Shown: positions 8,422-17,326 of the stretch, piece after piece
Numbering within the stretch: position 1 is the stretch's first letter
Layout: each line of letters starts with the position of its first letter
DNA from: a virus
Lineage: Duplodnaviria; Caudoviricetes
IMG/VR virus record: IMGVR_UViG_3300026541_000011
Span: 1-41,042 of that record
Length of the DNA: 41,042 nucleotides
Direction: 5' to 3' (one strand)
Notes under the pieces: generated by a model
The model's database searches: none
Told to the model about the DNA's origin: nothing
Seen by the model: only the letters and a program-made list of their open reading frames with translations
Made by a program: the position numbers and the translations under genes

Positions 8422-9754
8422 GTCGTCTAAATGCTGCGTAATAATCTCCAAGTTCAGGAGATTGTTTAGTAAATTCTTCAAATACTATCGACATTAAACC
8501 ATAGGCATCTGCGCCGTGACTAGCCCAATCATGTTCAGGGCCGAGTCCTATATCTCTGTTCTCGTCTTGCTTTTCGTGATACCAGCCTAAAGCGTCCATA
8601 CCTGCTTCAGTGGTCTTTTCGTTAAACCATACACTAGGAAATGTCCGCCTAGCTGACTCAATACGCATTTTAGCCGCACCCTTACCCTGGTTAGGAACTA
8701 CTACAACATCATAGCCAGCCGCTTTAAAGGCCGATTCATAACTTACATCGTAAACCCTGTCGTTGGTCTCACCGTCATGCGGTAGCCAGATACTTGAGTT
8801 GTCAGGCTCATAACCGTTAGCTCTCATCCATGCTAAGTGTGTAGCAATTGGCTGGCCTCTGGCCTCGTAGTAATTTAAAGCTCGAATCTCTCTACCAACA
8901 AACTGACTAACCCATATAGCAAAGGCGTCAGACTTAGCCCCTGTTCCACCGATATCCATAAAAAGTCTATGCTTCATTAATGGATCAGCGCCGACTCTGC
9001 CTATCCTTTTGTCCTTTCTTGCTTCCTGGATAAGTTTGGCGAAGTAAGCCCCTGACAACACAGTAGCATAGCCACCGTCCCATATATGGTCGTATTGTTC
9101 GGGTGTTTTATCTAAACAGTCAAGCCTTTCCTGTTCCAGGACATCAGGAAACCTGGGGTTATCAGCCCAATTAGCCCTGACTACTATTGAGTCAGTTGGT
9201 AAGTCTTTTCTTAACATCAAATCAACAGGATCAGTCTTTCTGCGGGGATTCCATATAAACCATAGCTCTGATGCTATATTAAGTAGTTTGTTCTCCCATC
9301 TAATGGTAGGTCTTAATAGGTTTAATGACGTGGCTGATAATGTCTGGGCTTCTTCTACTAACGCCCTGTGAAAGCCTTCAAACGACTTTATTGAGTCGGC
9401 GGTGTGGTCTTGCATCCCCTGGAACTCAATCACACCATCACCTGGAGTCTTGATAACAGTCTCGTAAACCTTGAACCCGTCTGATTCTCCTAACTCGAAC
9501 TGAGTTAGTTTATCTTCTATTAGACGTTTGGCTGATTGTTTAAGGGACTTCTGTATCTCCCTGACACATAAGCATCTTAATCCTTCGCCAGCATCACCTG
9601 GGAATGTAACAGCGTCTTCAATGACCTCTTCAGCAAAGAAATGTGACTTGCCAGAACCTCTACCTCCATGAGCACCTTTGTATCTGGCTGGTTCTAATAG
9701 AGGAGCGAAGACTCTAGCTGTTTTTCTTTTTAGGGTCGATGATCTCATTTTCAA
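8414..9754 (-). CDS. terL: Terminase large subunit
   Basis: Walker A YKGAHGGRGSGKS, Walker B LVEEA, WNP motif, nuclease MDIG...PEHDWASHGADA. Confidence 0.95.
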   Translation of the reverse strand: MKMRSSTLKRKTARVFAPLLEPARYKGAHGGRGSGKSHFFAEEVIEDAVTFPGDAGEGLRCLCVREIQKSLKQSAKRLIEDKLTQFELGESDGFKVYETVIKTPGDGVIEFQGMQDHTADSIKSFEGFHRALVEEAQTLSATSLNLLRPTIRWENKLLNIASELWFIWNPRRKTDPVDLMLRKDLPTDSIVVRANWADNPRFPDVLEQERLDCLDKTPEQYDHIWDGGYATVLSGAYFAKLIQEARKDKRIGRVGADPLMKHRLFMDIGGTGAKSDAFAIWVSQFVGREIRALNYYEARGQPIATHLAWMRANGYEPDNSSIWLPHDGETNDRVYDVSYESAFKAAGYDVVVVPNQGKGAAKMRIESARRTFPSVWFNEKTTEAGMDALGWYHEKQDENRDIGLGPEHDWASHGADAYGLMSIVFEEFTKQSPELGDYYAAFRRHG

Positions 9755-10022
9755 CCTTAGTTATAGGGTTATCTGGGTCATTGCCTAATAACACGCTTTG
9801 TGCTGGCTTACCTTCCATTCTGTCACCGAATTCTTTTAATGCTCCCAATTCTTTATTATCACAAAGCTCTAGTAGATTTTCAGCTAATTCATCAATGGCT
9901 TTTTTACCTTCTAGCAATCCTTCTGACCTTTTATCTAAAGCACGTTGAATAGCCGCTGTCCACATTTTAGCGTTAGCTGCATTGGTGTTTCCTATTTGTC
10001 CACCTCTCTTACCATTCGACAC
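9714..10022 (-). CDS. terS: Terminase small subunit
   Basis: GGQIGNTNA N-terminus, DRMEGKPAQ; directly upstream of terL. Confidence 0.8.
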   Translation of the reverse strand: MSNGKRGGQIGNTNAANAKMWTAAIQRALDKRSEGLLEGKKAIDELAENLLELCDNKELGALKEFGDRMEGKPAQSVLLGNDPDNPITKVENEIIDPKKKNS

Positions 10023-10113
10023 GAATTAACCTTTTGATATGAAATCTTATTTCTCTATGGTAAAAGATGATTCCTACAAATATTCCCATTAAAAAAAGAA
10101 TTATATATCCCAT

Positions 10114-10365
10114 TTAATAACTACGTCTTTTAGGCTTTGGTCGCTTCTTTTTTTGTTTCACAAATAATCCGACAGGGTCATATATTTCTACAGACTGTTC
10201 TCCGAATCTATAAATAATACCATTTTTATCGCTCCCGTTTAAATGCCGAAGTCCAACACCAATTGATCTTTCGATATCCTTTGCTGGTACTATTCTATTC
10301 ATTTTAATAGCCACGCCTTTTTGGCTTTCGCTGTTTCTTTGGTTTCTTCTTAGGTTTAACTTCAT
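10114..10365 (-). CDS. Hypothetical basic protein
   Basis: ORF with AAGGA RBS. Confidence 0.5.
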   Translation of the reverse strand: MKLNLRRNQRNSESQKGVAIKMNRIVPAKDIERSIGVGLRHLNGSDKNGIIYRFGEQSVEIYDPVGLFVKQKKKRPKPKRRSY

Positions 10366-10381
10366 TCATATTAGTGTTTCC

Positions 10382-10777
10382 TTATATAAAGTCTAAATAT
10401 CTGGTTAGTATCCCGTTACCCATGTCTGGTAGTGGTTTTAAATCACTCAATGCGTAACCATCGTTAATAACACCTTCCTTTATCTTTTCAATACATTGTC
10501 TTTCTATTTCTGGCTCTATATTGGTATTTCCATATGTCCAACTATCAACACCCCATTGTTCTTTCCCAGTGAAGCAATCGTATCTATGTATTGTATGGTC
10601 TTGGAGAAGATTATAGTTTTCACTAACCCTGATTAATCCCTTTAATCTATTGTAATCATGCAGCGCCATAATAGCGCGGCCAGACAAATATTTATTTAAT
10701 TCTTTAGCTTCGGGCAATCCAATAATAGCAACCGCTGGAGTTGCTGCTAAACCTTTTAAAAAGTTTCTTCTTTCCAT
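10382..10777 (-). CDS. Protein with twin-arginine (Tat) signal-like N-terminus
   Basis: MERRNFLKGLAATPAVAIIGLPEA matches the RRxFLK consensus plus a hydrophobic stretch. Confidence 0.7.
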   Translation of the reverse strand: MERRNFLKGLAATPAVAIIGLPEAKELNKYLSGRAIMALHDYNRLKGLIRVSENYNLLQDHTIHRYDCFTGKEQWGVDSWTYGNTNIEPEIERQCIEKIKEGVINDGYALSDLKPLPDMGNGILTRYLDFI

Positions 10778-11122
10778 TCAACTATCCGGTATTGCCTTGT
10801 TGTTAAGTATCTTCCAGGTCTTGGTCTTTCTGACTTGTGTGTCTGTGTCAGGATTTCTTGAGACTGTAATTTGTTTCTTCTCTAATCTATTAGACTGGCT
10901 TTGTAGGGCATTTTCTGTCGCTGTTATAGCTATTGCTATTGAAGCCGCTGGCGTAAGTATTGTCCAGTCTTTTAGTTCCGTACCTGTGGTTAAACAGTCT
11001 AAGCGGTACTGAGCCGTGGTAGGAACTTCGCTGGCTTCTCCCTCTCTGAAGAAAGCAGTCGCGATCATGCTCGAACCTTCAGAGAACTTTAGTTGTGGGA
11101 CACTGATAAAAACCTCGGCCAT
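10778..11122 (-). CDS. Hypothetical, probably virion-associated beta protein
   Basis: Coupled ORF; PTTAQYRLDC. Confidence 0.7.
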   Translation of the reverse strand: MAEVFISVPQLKFSEGSSMIATAFFREGEASEVPTTAQYRLDCLTTGTELKDWTILTPAASIAIAITATENALQSQSNRLEKKQITVSRNPDTDTQVRKTKTWKILNNKAIPDS

Positions 11123-11334
11123 TAGTTAATTTTACCATAGGCGGCTTCAACAACTTCTTTATACTCTATCCCGTTAATTCCAACTCTATGAAGCATTTCA
11201 TCTGCCATACTTCGGGGTAATTCTGCATTAAATACTCTTTCCATGCCTTCATTTTCTTTTTTAATGAGAGCCATACTAGCTGTTCTCTCTCGATTATCTT
11301 TCAGCATTTGTATGTTGTTAAACCGACTATTCAT
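11122..11334 (-). CDS. Hypothetical protein
   Basis: Coupled; N-terminus MNSRFNNIQMLKDN. Confidence 0.65.
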   Translation of the reverse strand: MNSRFNNIQMLKDNRERTASMALIKKENEGMERVFNAELPRSMADEMLHRVGINGIEYKEVVEAAYGKIN

Positions 11335-11510
11335 TCATTAACCTTTTTATGCTTGTTGTTGCCCAAAATGAATAAATCGTCGCTCCACAAATATGATGGT
11401 TCTTTAAGCCTTATTAGGATCTTTTGGAATTCAGCATCGTTTCCTATTAACTCACAAAAACGATCAAGATTATCTTTGAGCAATTGTATGTTGTTGTATC
11501 GGTTATTCAT
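11331..11510 (-). CDS. Hypothetical protein, 59 aa (absent from ORF track)
   Basis: MNNRYNNIQLLKDNLDRF...KKVNE; ATGA-coupled on both sides. Confidence 0.65.
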   Translation of the reverse strand: MNNRYNNIQLLKDNLDRFCELIGNDAEFQKILIRLKEPSYLWSDDLFILGNNKHKKVNE

Positions 11511-11734
11511 GCCAACATTAAATCTCTATAATCATGTTCCGTGAAAGGTGACCCATCATCGTTCCCTATTGAAGCGCCTGCTGTTGGTTCTGTTCGTGAC
11601 ATCTCATTACCATCTCTGTCATATGTAATGGAATATCCATAATATGTCATCCTTCCGTTTTCAAACTTATGGAATTCTTTTAACTCCACATGACCATATA
11701 TTATCGATGCTTTATATATCTTGTCATCTTTCAT
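11507..11734 (-). CDS. Hypothetical protein
   Basis: ATGA-coupled ORF. Confidence 0.65.
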   Translation of the reverse strand: MKDDKIYKASIIYGHVELKEFHKFENGRMTYYGYSITYDRDGNEMSRTEPTAGASIGNDDGSPFTEHDYRDLMLA

Positions 11735-12195
11735 TGATTCAATAACACCTGTGTTGCAATAAGCAAGAAAATTTCTTCCTCGCGTTCACGTTCCAGCAGT
11801 CTTTCTAGCTGTTCCATAGAAGAATAACTATGTTGTAGTATAGCACGGTTGGCAGCCTGTATCACTTTGTCACTAGATGACCTTTCTATATCGACTTTAT
11901 GCTCTTTCGCTAACTTAGTGAGCATCGATAGTTCTATAAGTCGGTTTTCTTCCTCTTCGTCTTTTCTGAATTCTAAAGCTATTTTGCGTTCTAGCTTATC
12001 CTCGACAAATAAAGCCTTTAATTCTAAATCTAATAGCCGTTTTCTTTCCTCATCCCTTCTGTATCTTTCTCTATCGTAATCAGGCCAAAATCCTCCTGAG
12101 GGTTTAGTTAGTACACCTAATTCACCTAAAGACGTTGCAGCTAAAGGGCTATACCCCAATTCCCCTAAAGAAGTTCTCTGTAAACTGGTGGTCAT
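11731..12195 (-). CDS. Hypothetical charged helical protein
   Basis: TSLGELG twice at the N-terminus; C-terminal EEEIFLLI. Confidence 0.7.
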   Translation of the reverse strand: MTTSLQRTSLGELGYSPLAATSLGELGVLTKPSGGFWPDYDRERYRRDEERKRLLDLELKALFVEDKLERKIALEFRKDEEEENRLIELSMLTKLAKEHKVDIERSSSDKVIQAANRAILQHSYSSMEQLERLLEREREEEIFLLIATQVLLNQ

Positions 12196-12590
12196 TGCCT
12201 AGTTAGTGTACTAGTATTTTTTCCGTCGCCTGTTCTATCAATATCAATATCGCCAAGGGCTGAATCAATACCAGTCTTGGTGTCTGTAATTGCATTACCA
12301 GATTTAAGTCCCAATCTTATATGAATCTCGTCAAGTTGTGTTTGTTCTGTGGGTGATAATCCTCTAATAGTCTCATGGGCATATATCGGAGTCCCCTCGC
12401 CTGTATCCCATGATAAGGTTACCGTGGCCGCGTTCTGAGTCCAATCCCGTCCATATTGGCCACCAGCTGTCTCAACAACACCAGTAGTTGTTCTAGCAAC
12501 CACACTTGATCCCGTGTTGTCATATTCCTCGACACCAACAGTAGCAAGGCTGGTTTTACTTGAACCGAATGAAGCGTCGAACCACGTCAT
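12192..12590 (-). CDS. Hypothetical, probably virion protein
   Basis: T/G-rich; coupled. Confidence 0.7.
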   Translation of the reverse strand: MTWFDASFGSSKTSLATVGVEEYDNTGSSVVARTTTGVVETAGGQYGRDWTQNAATVTLSWDTGEGTPIYAHETIRGLSPTEQTQLDEIHIRLGLKSGNAITDTKTGIDSALGDIDIDRTGDGKNTSTLTRQ

Positions 12591-12784
12591 TATTTTTGTT
12601 CTGTCCCTGGATCGTAGGGGAAATCACTAAACTGAGTTTTCGCTAGACGTTTTAACAACCAATCGGCGTATTTATGCGGGACATGATCTCTAATTACATC
12701 GTGAATTTCCTGGAATAAATCTCCGGGAATTACCGCACACGTTATTAGTTGTTTGGTTTCCTCTTCTTTCTTTGGATCGGGCAT
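12590..12784 (-). CDS. Hypothetical protein
   Basis: Coupled ORF. Confidence 0.6.
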   Translation of the reverse strand: MPDPKKEEETKQLITCAVIPGDLFQEIHDVIRDHVPHKYADWLLKRLAKTQFSDFPYDPGTEQK

Positions 12785-12786
12785 TT

Positions 12787-13524
12787 TTACGGGTCTCTAG
12801 TTTCTACAAAGACTTCAAACTCACGAATCTGGCTAGTATTGCTCGCATGAGCTGTATCAAAAAGTAGTTTTATGTATCGGGCATCGTTCTTTTTCTGTGC
12901 AAGCGTGTGCTCAACGAATACTGATCCTTGTCCAATCGGCCAGGTGATATTAATTGCAGTTTCGAGAATATTCTCAGCGTTATCGATATTAGCGAGGTTC
13001 TTGGCCGCATGCACATCGAGATTACTTAACTGCTCAGTAACAGGTTCAGTGCTGTTATAACGAAAGCGTATTTTACTGACTTTCTTCGGATAACTTCGCA
13101 GCAAGTAAATAATGCTATGGCGTTCATTAACGCTGTGCCTCCAGAACGTGCCATTATCTCCATCGATACTGTTGTCGGCAACATTGACGCCAGTCTCACC
13201 ACAGAAGCTATCAACACTATCAGGTGAAAACCACGCTCCGTCCCGAACAGTGAAATTCTGTGTTCTATTGCTATAAAGGCTGTAATAATCTAGCCGATCT
13301 TGAATCTCCCATTGTTCGTCTTGAAGCGCAGCGTCAAAAGCCTCTATGCTTATGTGACCCAACGGTGGCGCAATTTGTGTCCTTGCCGTGACTGACAACC
13401 CTTGAAGTTCATTAACAACACCGAGCCGATCAGTATCTATCGTCTTATTAAACCGTTCAGGATTAGTCAGGTGATCAAGATCAACCCCACCAGCTACATC
13501 AACATAATGTCTAAATTGTGCCAT
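12787..13524 (-). CDS. Discoidin / F5-8 type C-like carbohydrate-binding domain protein
   Basis: NSIDGDNGTFW ... ARYIKL ... QIREFEVF pattern; GGAG RBS. Confidence 0.7.
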   Translation of the reverse strand: MAQFRHYVDVAGGVDLDHLTNPERFNKTIDTDRLGVVNELQGLSVTARTQIAPPLGHISIEAFDAALQDEQWEIQDRLDYYSLYSNRTQNFTVRDGAWFSPDSVDSFCGETGVNVADNSIDGDNGTFWRHSVNERHSIIYLLRSYPKKVSKIRFRYNSTEPVTEQLSNLDVHAAKNLANIDNAENILETAINITWPIGQGSVFVEHTLAQKKNDARYIKLLFDTAHASNTSQIREFEVFVETRDP

Positions 13525-13532
13525 GATTTCTC

Positions 13533-14333
13533 CTAACTGTGATCATCATAAACTCGAATCCATTTTGTAGTACCATTAATCTCACACCTAATAGCACCAA
13601 ATTTTGCACTGTCTTCCGTTGTATCGCTAGAGATACTACGACTACCATCGGATGCGCTTGTGCCAATATAATTGATGAACGTGTCATCAATATCTAACTG
13701 CTCTAAATCTACGACAGGTATCGCCGCAGATGTACTACCCTGTTTTACATAGAATTTAGCGGTCGCAGCTACGTTGAGAGAGCCTATGCTAACTTTATTT
13801 AAAGACGTAACTACCAAAGCGTTGAAACCTTGGGCAGCCTGAACAGTAATCGACAAACTCGCGGGAAAACTGGCAAATGCCGGAGTCACATAAAGATTTG
13901 AATATTGTGTGCCCAAACCTGCACCCTCTCTTATGACAAAACCAAATTGACTATTTTTAGGGGATACTTCAATAAATGGGAGTGATCCTAATGAGTTCAG
14001 AGAAGACAGAACGAGATTCCCAAAGGTCCCAACAAATATATCACCGATGTGTACCCCGAGGGTTGTACCTCTTATAGTAATTCCACTACTCAGACTCCCA
14101 GTATGAATATCCAACTTCGACGCTGGGGAGTCAGTTCCAATCCCGATGTCACCGTCTGATTGCACGCTAAAAATAGAATCACCAGCACTATCTTGTACAG
14201 AAAAAACCTCACCAATAGGCGTAGCATTGTCTCTAATTGTTAATGCATCACCTGTAGAATCTACAATGATTTGTGGACTTGACGAAGCCTCATAGGCGTC
14301 CTGTAGTGTAGAAGTTACGGCTAATGCTGTCAT
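13533..14333 (-). CDS. Tail fibre-like protein
   Basis: GDIGIGTDSPASKLDI and KVSIG...AKFYV beta repeats; C-terminal INGTTKWIRVY. Confidence 0.65.
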   Translation of the reverse strand: MTALAVTSTLQDAYEASSSPQIIVDSTGDALTIRDNATPIGEVFSVQDSAGDSIFSVQSDGDIGIGTDSPASKLDIHTGSLSSGITIRGTTLGVHIGDIFVGTFGNLVLSSLNSLGSLPFIEVSPKNSQFGFVIREGAGLGTQYSNLYVTPAFASFPASLSITVQAAQGFNALVVTSLNKVSIGSLNVAATAKFYVKQGSTSAAIPVVDLEQLDIDDTFINYIGTSASDGSRSISSDTTEDSAKFGAIRCEINGTTKWIRVYDDHS

Positions 14334-14378
14334 TATCCTATAAGCCCTTTTCCCGAGAACATTTTATTAGTTTGTATT

Positions 14379-14615
14379 TCATTTAAAAAACGTTTTATAA
14401 ACCGCTGTACCGATTGTGGTTAGTAAAACAATTATCCCCCATCCCAGAACTTGGCGTTTAATAGCCTCCCAACGTTCGCGTTTAATCTTTCGGTCTTCAA
14501 GATCAAGTTCATACTGGTCATGATGCATTTTATGAGTAATAGCATCAATACGGTCGCGGGAATCGAAGGTTTTGTTCAGAGCTTCGATTATCTGGTTTAA
14601 ATCTTCATCTTTCAT
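14379..14615 (-). CDS. Holin-like membrane protein
   Basis: Charged N-terminus and one C-terminal TM helix; at the start of the late module. Confidence 0.45.
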   Translation of the reverse strand: MKDEDLNQIIEALNKTFDSRDRIDAITHKMHHDQYELDLEDRKIKRERWEAIKRQVLGWGIIVLLTTIGTAVYKTFFK

Positions 14616-14645
14616 TGCCGTCTATTTCTATTACAAGTTTCTTGA

Positions 14646-14852
14646 TCATGCTTTTTTTATGTCCCTTATTTTATATTGATGCTTTGATCGAGTTCGGCTT
14701 TTATATTTCGTGCTACCACAACCATAAAATTTGCAATCTTCACAACTGATACAAAGCCCACAATTCTCACAAGCAGTACATTCTGATCCATCACCATACA
14801 TATCATCCATTGTTAGACGTGCCTTCGGGACAAAATCGATTACATTACTCAT
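14646..14852 (-). CDS. Small Cys-rich protein
   Basis: CTAC-ENC-GLC-ISC-EDC; MSNVIDF start. Confidence 0.6.
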   Translation of the reverse strand: MSNVIDFVPKARLTMDDMYGDGSECTACENCGLCISCEDCKFYGCGSTKYKSRTRSKHQYKIRDIKKA

Positions 14853-14974
14853 AAATCACCACTCGCAAACCATAATATTAGAAATATCACGCCTACAGCA
14901 ACCCATGAACGAGTGTCAACAGACCTTGCCTTGATCTTCAATTGATACCAGAAGTCTGAAAGTTCTTTATTCAT
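14849..14974 (-). CDS. Small membrane protein, 41 aa (absent from ORF track)
   Basis: MNKELSDFWYQLKIKARSVDTRSWVAVGVIFLILWFASGDL; coupled on both sides. Confidence 0.55.
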   Translation of the reverse strand: MNKELSDFWYQLKIKARSVDTRSWVAVGVIFLILWFASGDL

Positions 14975-15227
14975 TTTTACGAAGTGGGACTGATTGAATA
15001 TTTGGGGGAGATTCTTTTTCTTCGAAATTAAAATAAACTTGGTTAATTATCATCCCTATAAGACTTGTTCTAGCATTTTTTGTAACACCAAGCCACATCT
15101 CTGGATACATCAAATCTATATGGCCTATAACTTCTCTGGCAATTAGCTTTGCCTTTTCTTCTAGTGTGGGTTCGCCTTCAATATAACCACAGGCCTTATC
15201 AACCATCATTTCTATTGTGCTTTTCAT
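14967..15227 (-). CDS. Hypothetical protein
   Basis: ORF track; TAAAAT 6 nt before the ATG. Confidence 0.6.
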   Translation of the reverse strand: MKSTIEMMVDKACGYIEGEPTLEEKAKLIAREVIGHIDLMYPEMWLGVTKNARTSLIGMIINQVYFNFEEKESPPNIQSVPLRKNE

Positions 15228-15259
15228 ACTTCTATTTTAACCTTTAACGAAAGGATTTG

Positions 15260-15418
15260 CTAATCAGTGAGAATTAAATCCAAGCCGTTAGGTATAGACT
15301 CAGGAATCTTAGCCGCCGCTTCTTCCATCCTTTGATTAAGTGATTTGGGAATTTCGGCAGCAATATCAGCGGCTATCGTTTCTAAGAAACATTTGTCTTT
15401 CTGGTTAAATTCATTCAT
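15260..15418 (-). CDS. Hypothetical protein, 52 aa
   Basis: MNEFNQKDKCFLETIAAD...; ATGA-coupled with a GGAG RBS. Confidence 0.5.
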   Translation of the reverse strand: MNEFNQKDKCFLETIAADIAAEIPKSLNQRMEEAAAKIPESIPNGLDLILTD

Positions 15419-15558
15419 TTCTCGCTCCGTATATCTTCCAGGTGTTTGTCCATCTTGATTTTTTCAGAATCAGTCAGGTAGTAAGGTCTGCGCTTGCGGC
15501 CAAGTTCCCTTTGGCCTTTGTCGAATTTGTTCCAGCGTTTGGTGGATGGTTTAGGCAT
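15415..15558 (-). CDS. Small basic protein, 47 aa, possibly DNA-binding
   Basis: MPKPSTKRWNKFDKGQRELGRKRRPYYLTDSEKIKMDKHLEDIRSEK. Confidence 0.55.
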   Translation of the reverse strand: MPKPSTKRWNKFDKGQRELGRKRRPYYLTDSEKIKMDKHLEDIRSEK

Positions 15559-15756
15559 TTAGAATATCACTTCAGATTCAAGCCTAATCATATCTGATTT
15601 GATTTCATCTAATCCCATAATACCGCCATCGTCAAATAGAGCCGCGCCATCAACATTATCATAGTATTCAAAACCAATGATTAGACGAGTTTCGCAGCCA
15701 TATACAATATAATCTCCAACACAAATGGCACCAGTTGTTATTTGATTTACATTCAT
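15559..15756 (-). CDS. Hypothetical protein
   Basis: Preceded by the repeated leader AAACAAACGGGATAAACGAAATG. Confidence 0.65.
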   Translation of the reverse strand: MNVNQITTGAICVGDYIVYGCETRLIIGFEYYDNVDGAALFDDGGIMGLDEIKSDMIRLESEVIF

Positions 15757-15780
15757 TTCGTTTATCCCGTTTGTTTATAC

Positions 15781-15999
15781 TTAGTGAATATTAGCAATAG
15801 CGAAAGCTTCAATAGCATCGTCGCGAGTGTCAAAACCTTCTTGCATTTCGCGGTCATCGTTGAAAATCACAAACCACTCACCCGATACTATATTTGAATC
15901 AATAATGCCACCTGAAATATCTGCGCTACAAAGTAATTTACCGCTGGGGCTTTCTGTCCATCCTGTTGATATTGTGTTAAGTGCGTCTAGTTGAGTCAT
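15781..15999 (-). CDS. Hypothetical protein
   Basis: Preceded by the repeated leader AAACAAACGAGAGAAACGAAATG. Confidence 0.65.
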   Translation of the reverse strand: MTQLDALNTISTGWTESPSGKLLCSADISGGIIDSNIVSGEWFVIFNDDREMQEGFDTRDDAIEAFAIANIH

Positions 16000-16017
16000 T
16001 TCGTTTCTCTCGTTTGT

Positions 16018-16476
16018 TTATGCAGATGCTTCACAATCGCCATAACAATAGCTTTCACATTTATGGCAAAATCCGAATCCTCTATCTGCTTGCTTGAGTT
16101 CTACCTCTGTTTTTTCATTCTGCCCTTTTTTTACTTCGTTATATTCTTCCTCGATTAGTTGTGATCTTGCTTCTTCCAGTACTAAATTAACCGAATCATA
16201 TGTTTCTTTTGATAAATAACTATCCCCCAATCTAGCATAAGCTCCATTTTGTTTCATTTCAGAGCCTTCTTCTAACACGTAAAAAAAATTAATATCATGT
16301 GTAAAAACTTTCAAATCCCCCTTTATTACACTGATGGTAATAAATTCATTTGCTTCTTTACCTATATTAATATTACCTCCATCAGCGTAAGCAACCTTAT
16401 CTAATACAACTTGGTCTATGGTTACCGTAATAATAGCGTTGTTTAAGTTTTTAGTTATTTCTGTTTTCATCTTCAT
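16018..16476 (-). CDS. Hypothetical protein with C-terminal CxxC...CYGDC
   Basis: GAGG RBS and its own promoter. Confidence 0.7.
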   Translation of the reverse strand: MKMKTEITKNLNNAIITVTIDQVVLDKVAYADGGNINIGKEANEFITISVIKGDLKVFTHDINFFYVLEEGSEMKQNGAYARLGDSYLSKETYDSVNLVLEEARSQLIEEEYNEVKKGQNEKTEVELKQADRGFGFCHKCESYCYGDCEASA

Positions 16477-16497
16477 TTCCTCTGTTTCAATAACTAC

Positions 16498-16526
16498 ATA
16501 TTACTTGTTTGCACCAACATAGTCAA
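16498..16526 (-). promoter_or_regulatory. Sigma70-type promoter for a moron-like cassette
   Basis: TTGACT-17-TAATAT with AT-rich upstream sequence. Confidence 0.65.
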
Positions 16527-16632
16527 GCTATTTATTAAAATAATTTTGCAAAATCTCTCTTAGCTTCAATTACCCGTACATCCATTGGCTTATGTGAGTC
16601 TTTTATTTTATCGACTTCCTCACAAAACCATT

Positions 16633-17037
16633 TTATGAAATACGATCGAGATGTTCTTTTATTTCTGCGTTCCATTTTTCTGCCATTTCAATATAGTCTT
16701 TTTTGTAAAACTTCACTGGGTCTCGCTTTTTAAGTTCCATATTATTAACAAAGTCTCTCCCATAAAAATCTACCATCCATAGAGTATACATTTGTGTAGC
16801 GGTGCCATGTTTCATTTCAAAACCATTACAAGATTTACATTGAGGATGTACGTTTTCTTCTTCTAATGCCCAATAGCTTGAATTTCCTTTAGGGATGAAA
16901 TGTCCACCGTCTGCCTCATTCCACGGAACATATTTCCCACAAGAAACACACCGGCAATATCCATTATCATCAGCAGCCTTAACCCTGACTAGTTTCTGTA
17001 GGGCGTCCATTGCTTTCTTTCTAGGAGTTATTTTCAT
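16633..17037 (-). CDS. ninG: NinG/Rap-like recombination endonuclease
   Basis: CVSCG ... DGGHFI ... ENVHPQCKSCN. Confidence 0.8.
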   Translation of the reverse strand: MKITPRKKAMDALQKLVRVKAADDNGYCRCVSCGKYVPWNEADGGHFIPKGNSSYWALEEENVHPQCKSCNGFEMKHGTATQMYTLWMVDFYGRDFVNNMELKKRDPVKFYKKDYIEMAEKWNAEIKEHLDRIS

Positions 17038-17059
17038 ACCAGTAGCTTCTTATCCATTG

Positions 17060-17314
17060 CTAATCGGAGTCAACACTAAACCAATCGTAGCTTTTTATCC
17101 AAATACGTTGATCGCAGATATAAAGTTCATCATCAACACCACACATGAGGAAGTCACCAGCCTTCCCCTGCTTATAATCACCTTCTAGTGTTTGTACTCT
17201 AAAATCGGAATTCATCTGCCTTGCTTTTACTGGAATAGGTTTTTTAAGGCATGGCATTAACCCAACGGCGTAAACCTCATCTAAATCTTTTAACCTTTCT
17301 GGTAGTGTTATCAT
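17060..17314 (-). CDS. Hypothetical protein (PGDYG-like)
   Basis: QTLEG...GKAGDFLMCGVDDELYIC. Confidence 0.65.
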   Translation of the reverse strand: MITLPERLKDLDEVYAVGLMPCLKKPIPVKARQMNSDFRVQTLEGDYKQGKAGDFLMCGVDDELYICDQRIWIKSYDWFSVDSD

Positions 17315-17326
17315 TTCATCACCTAT

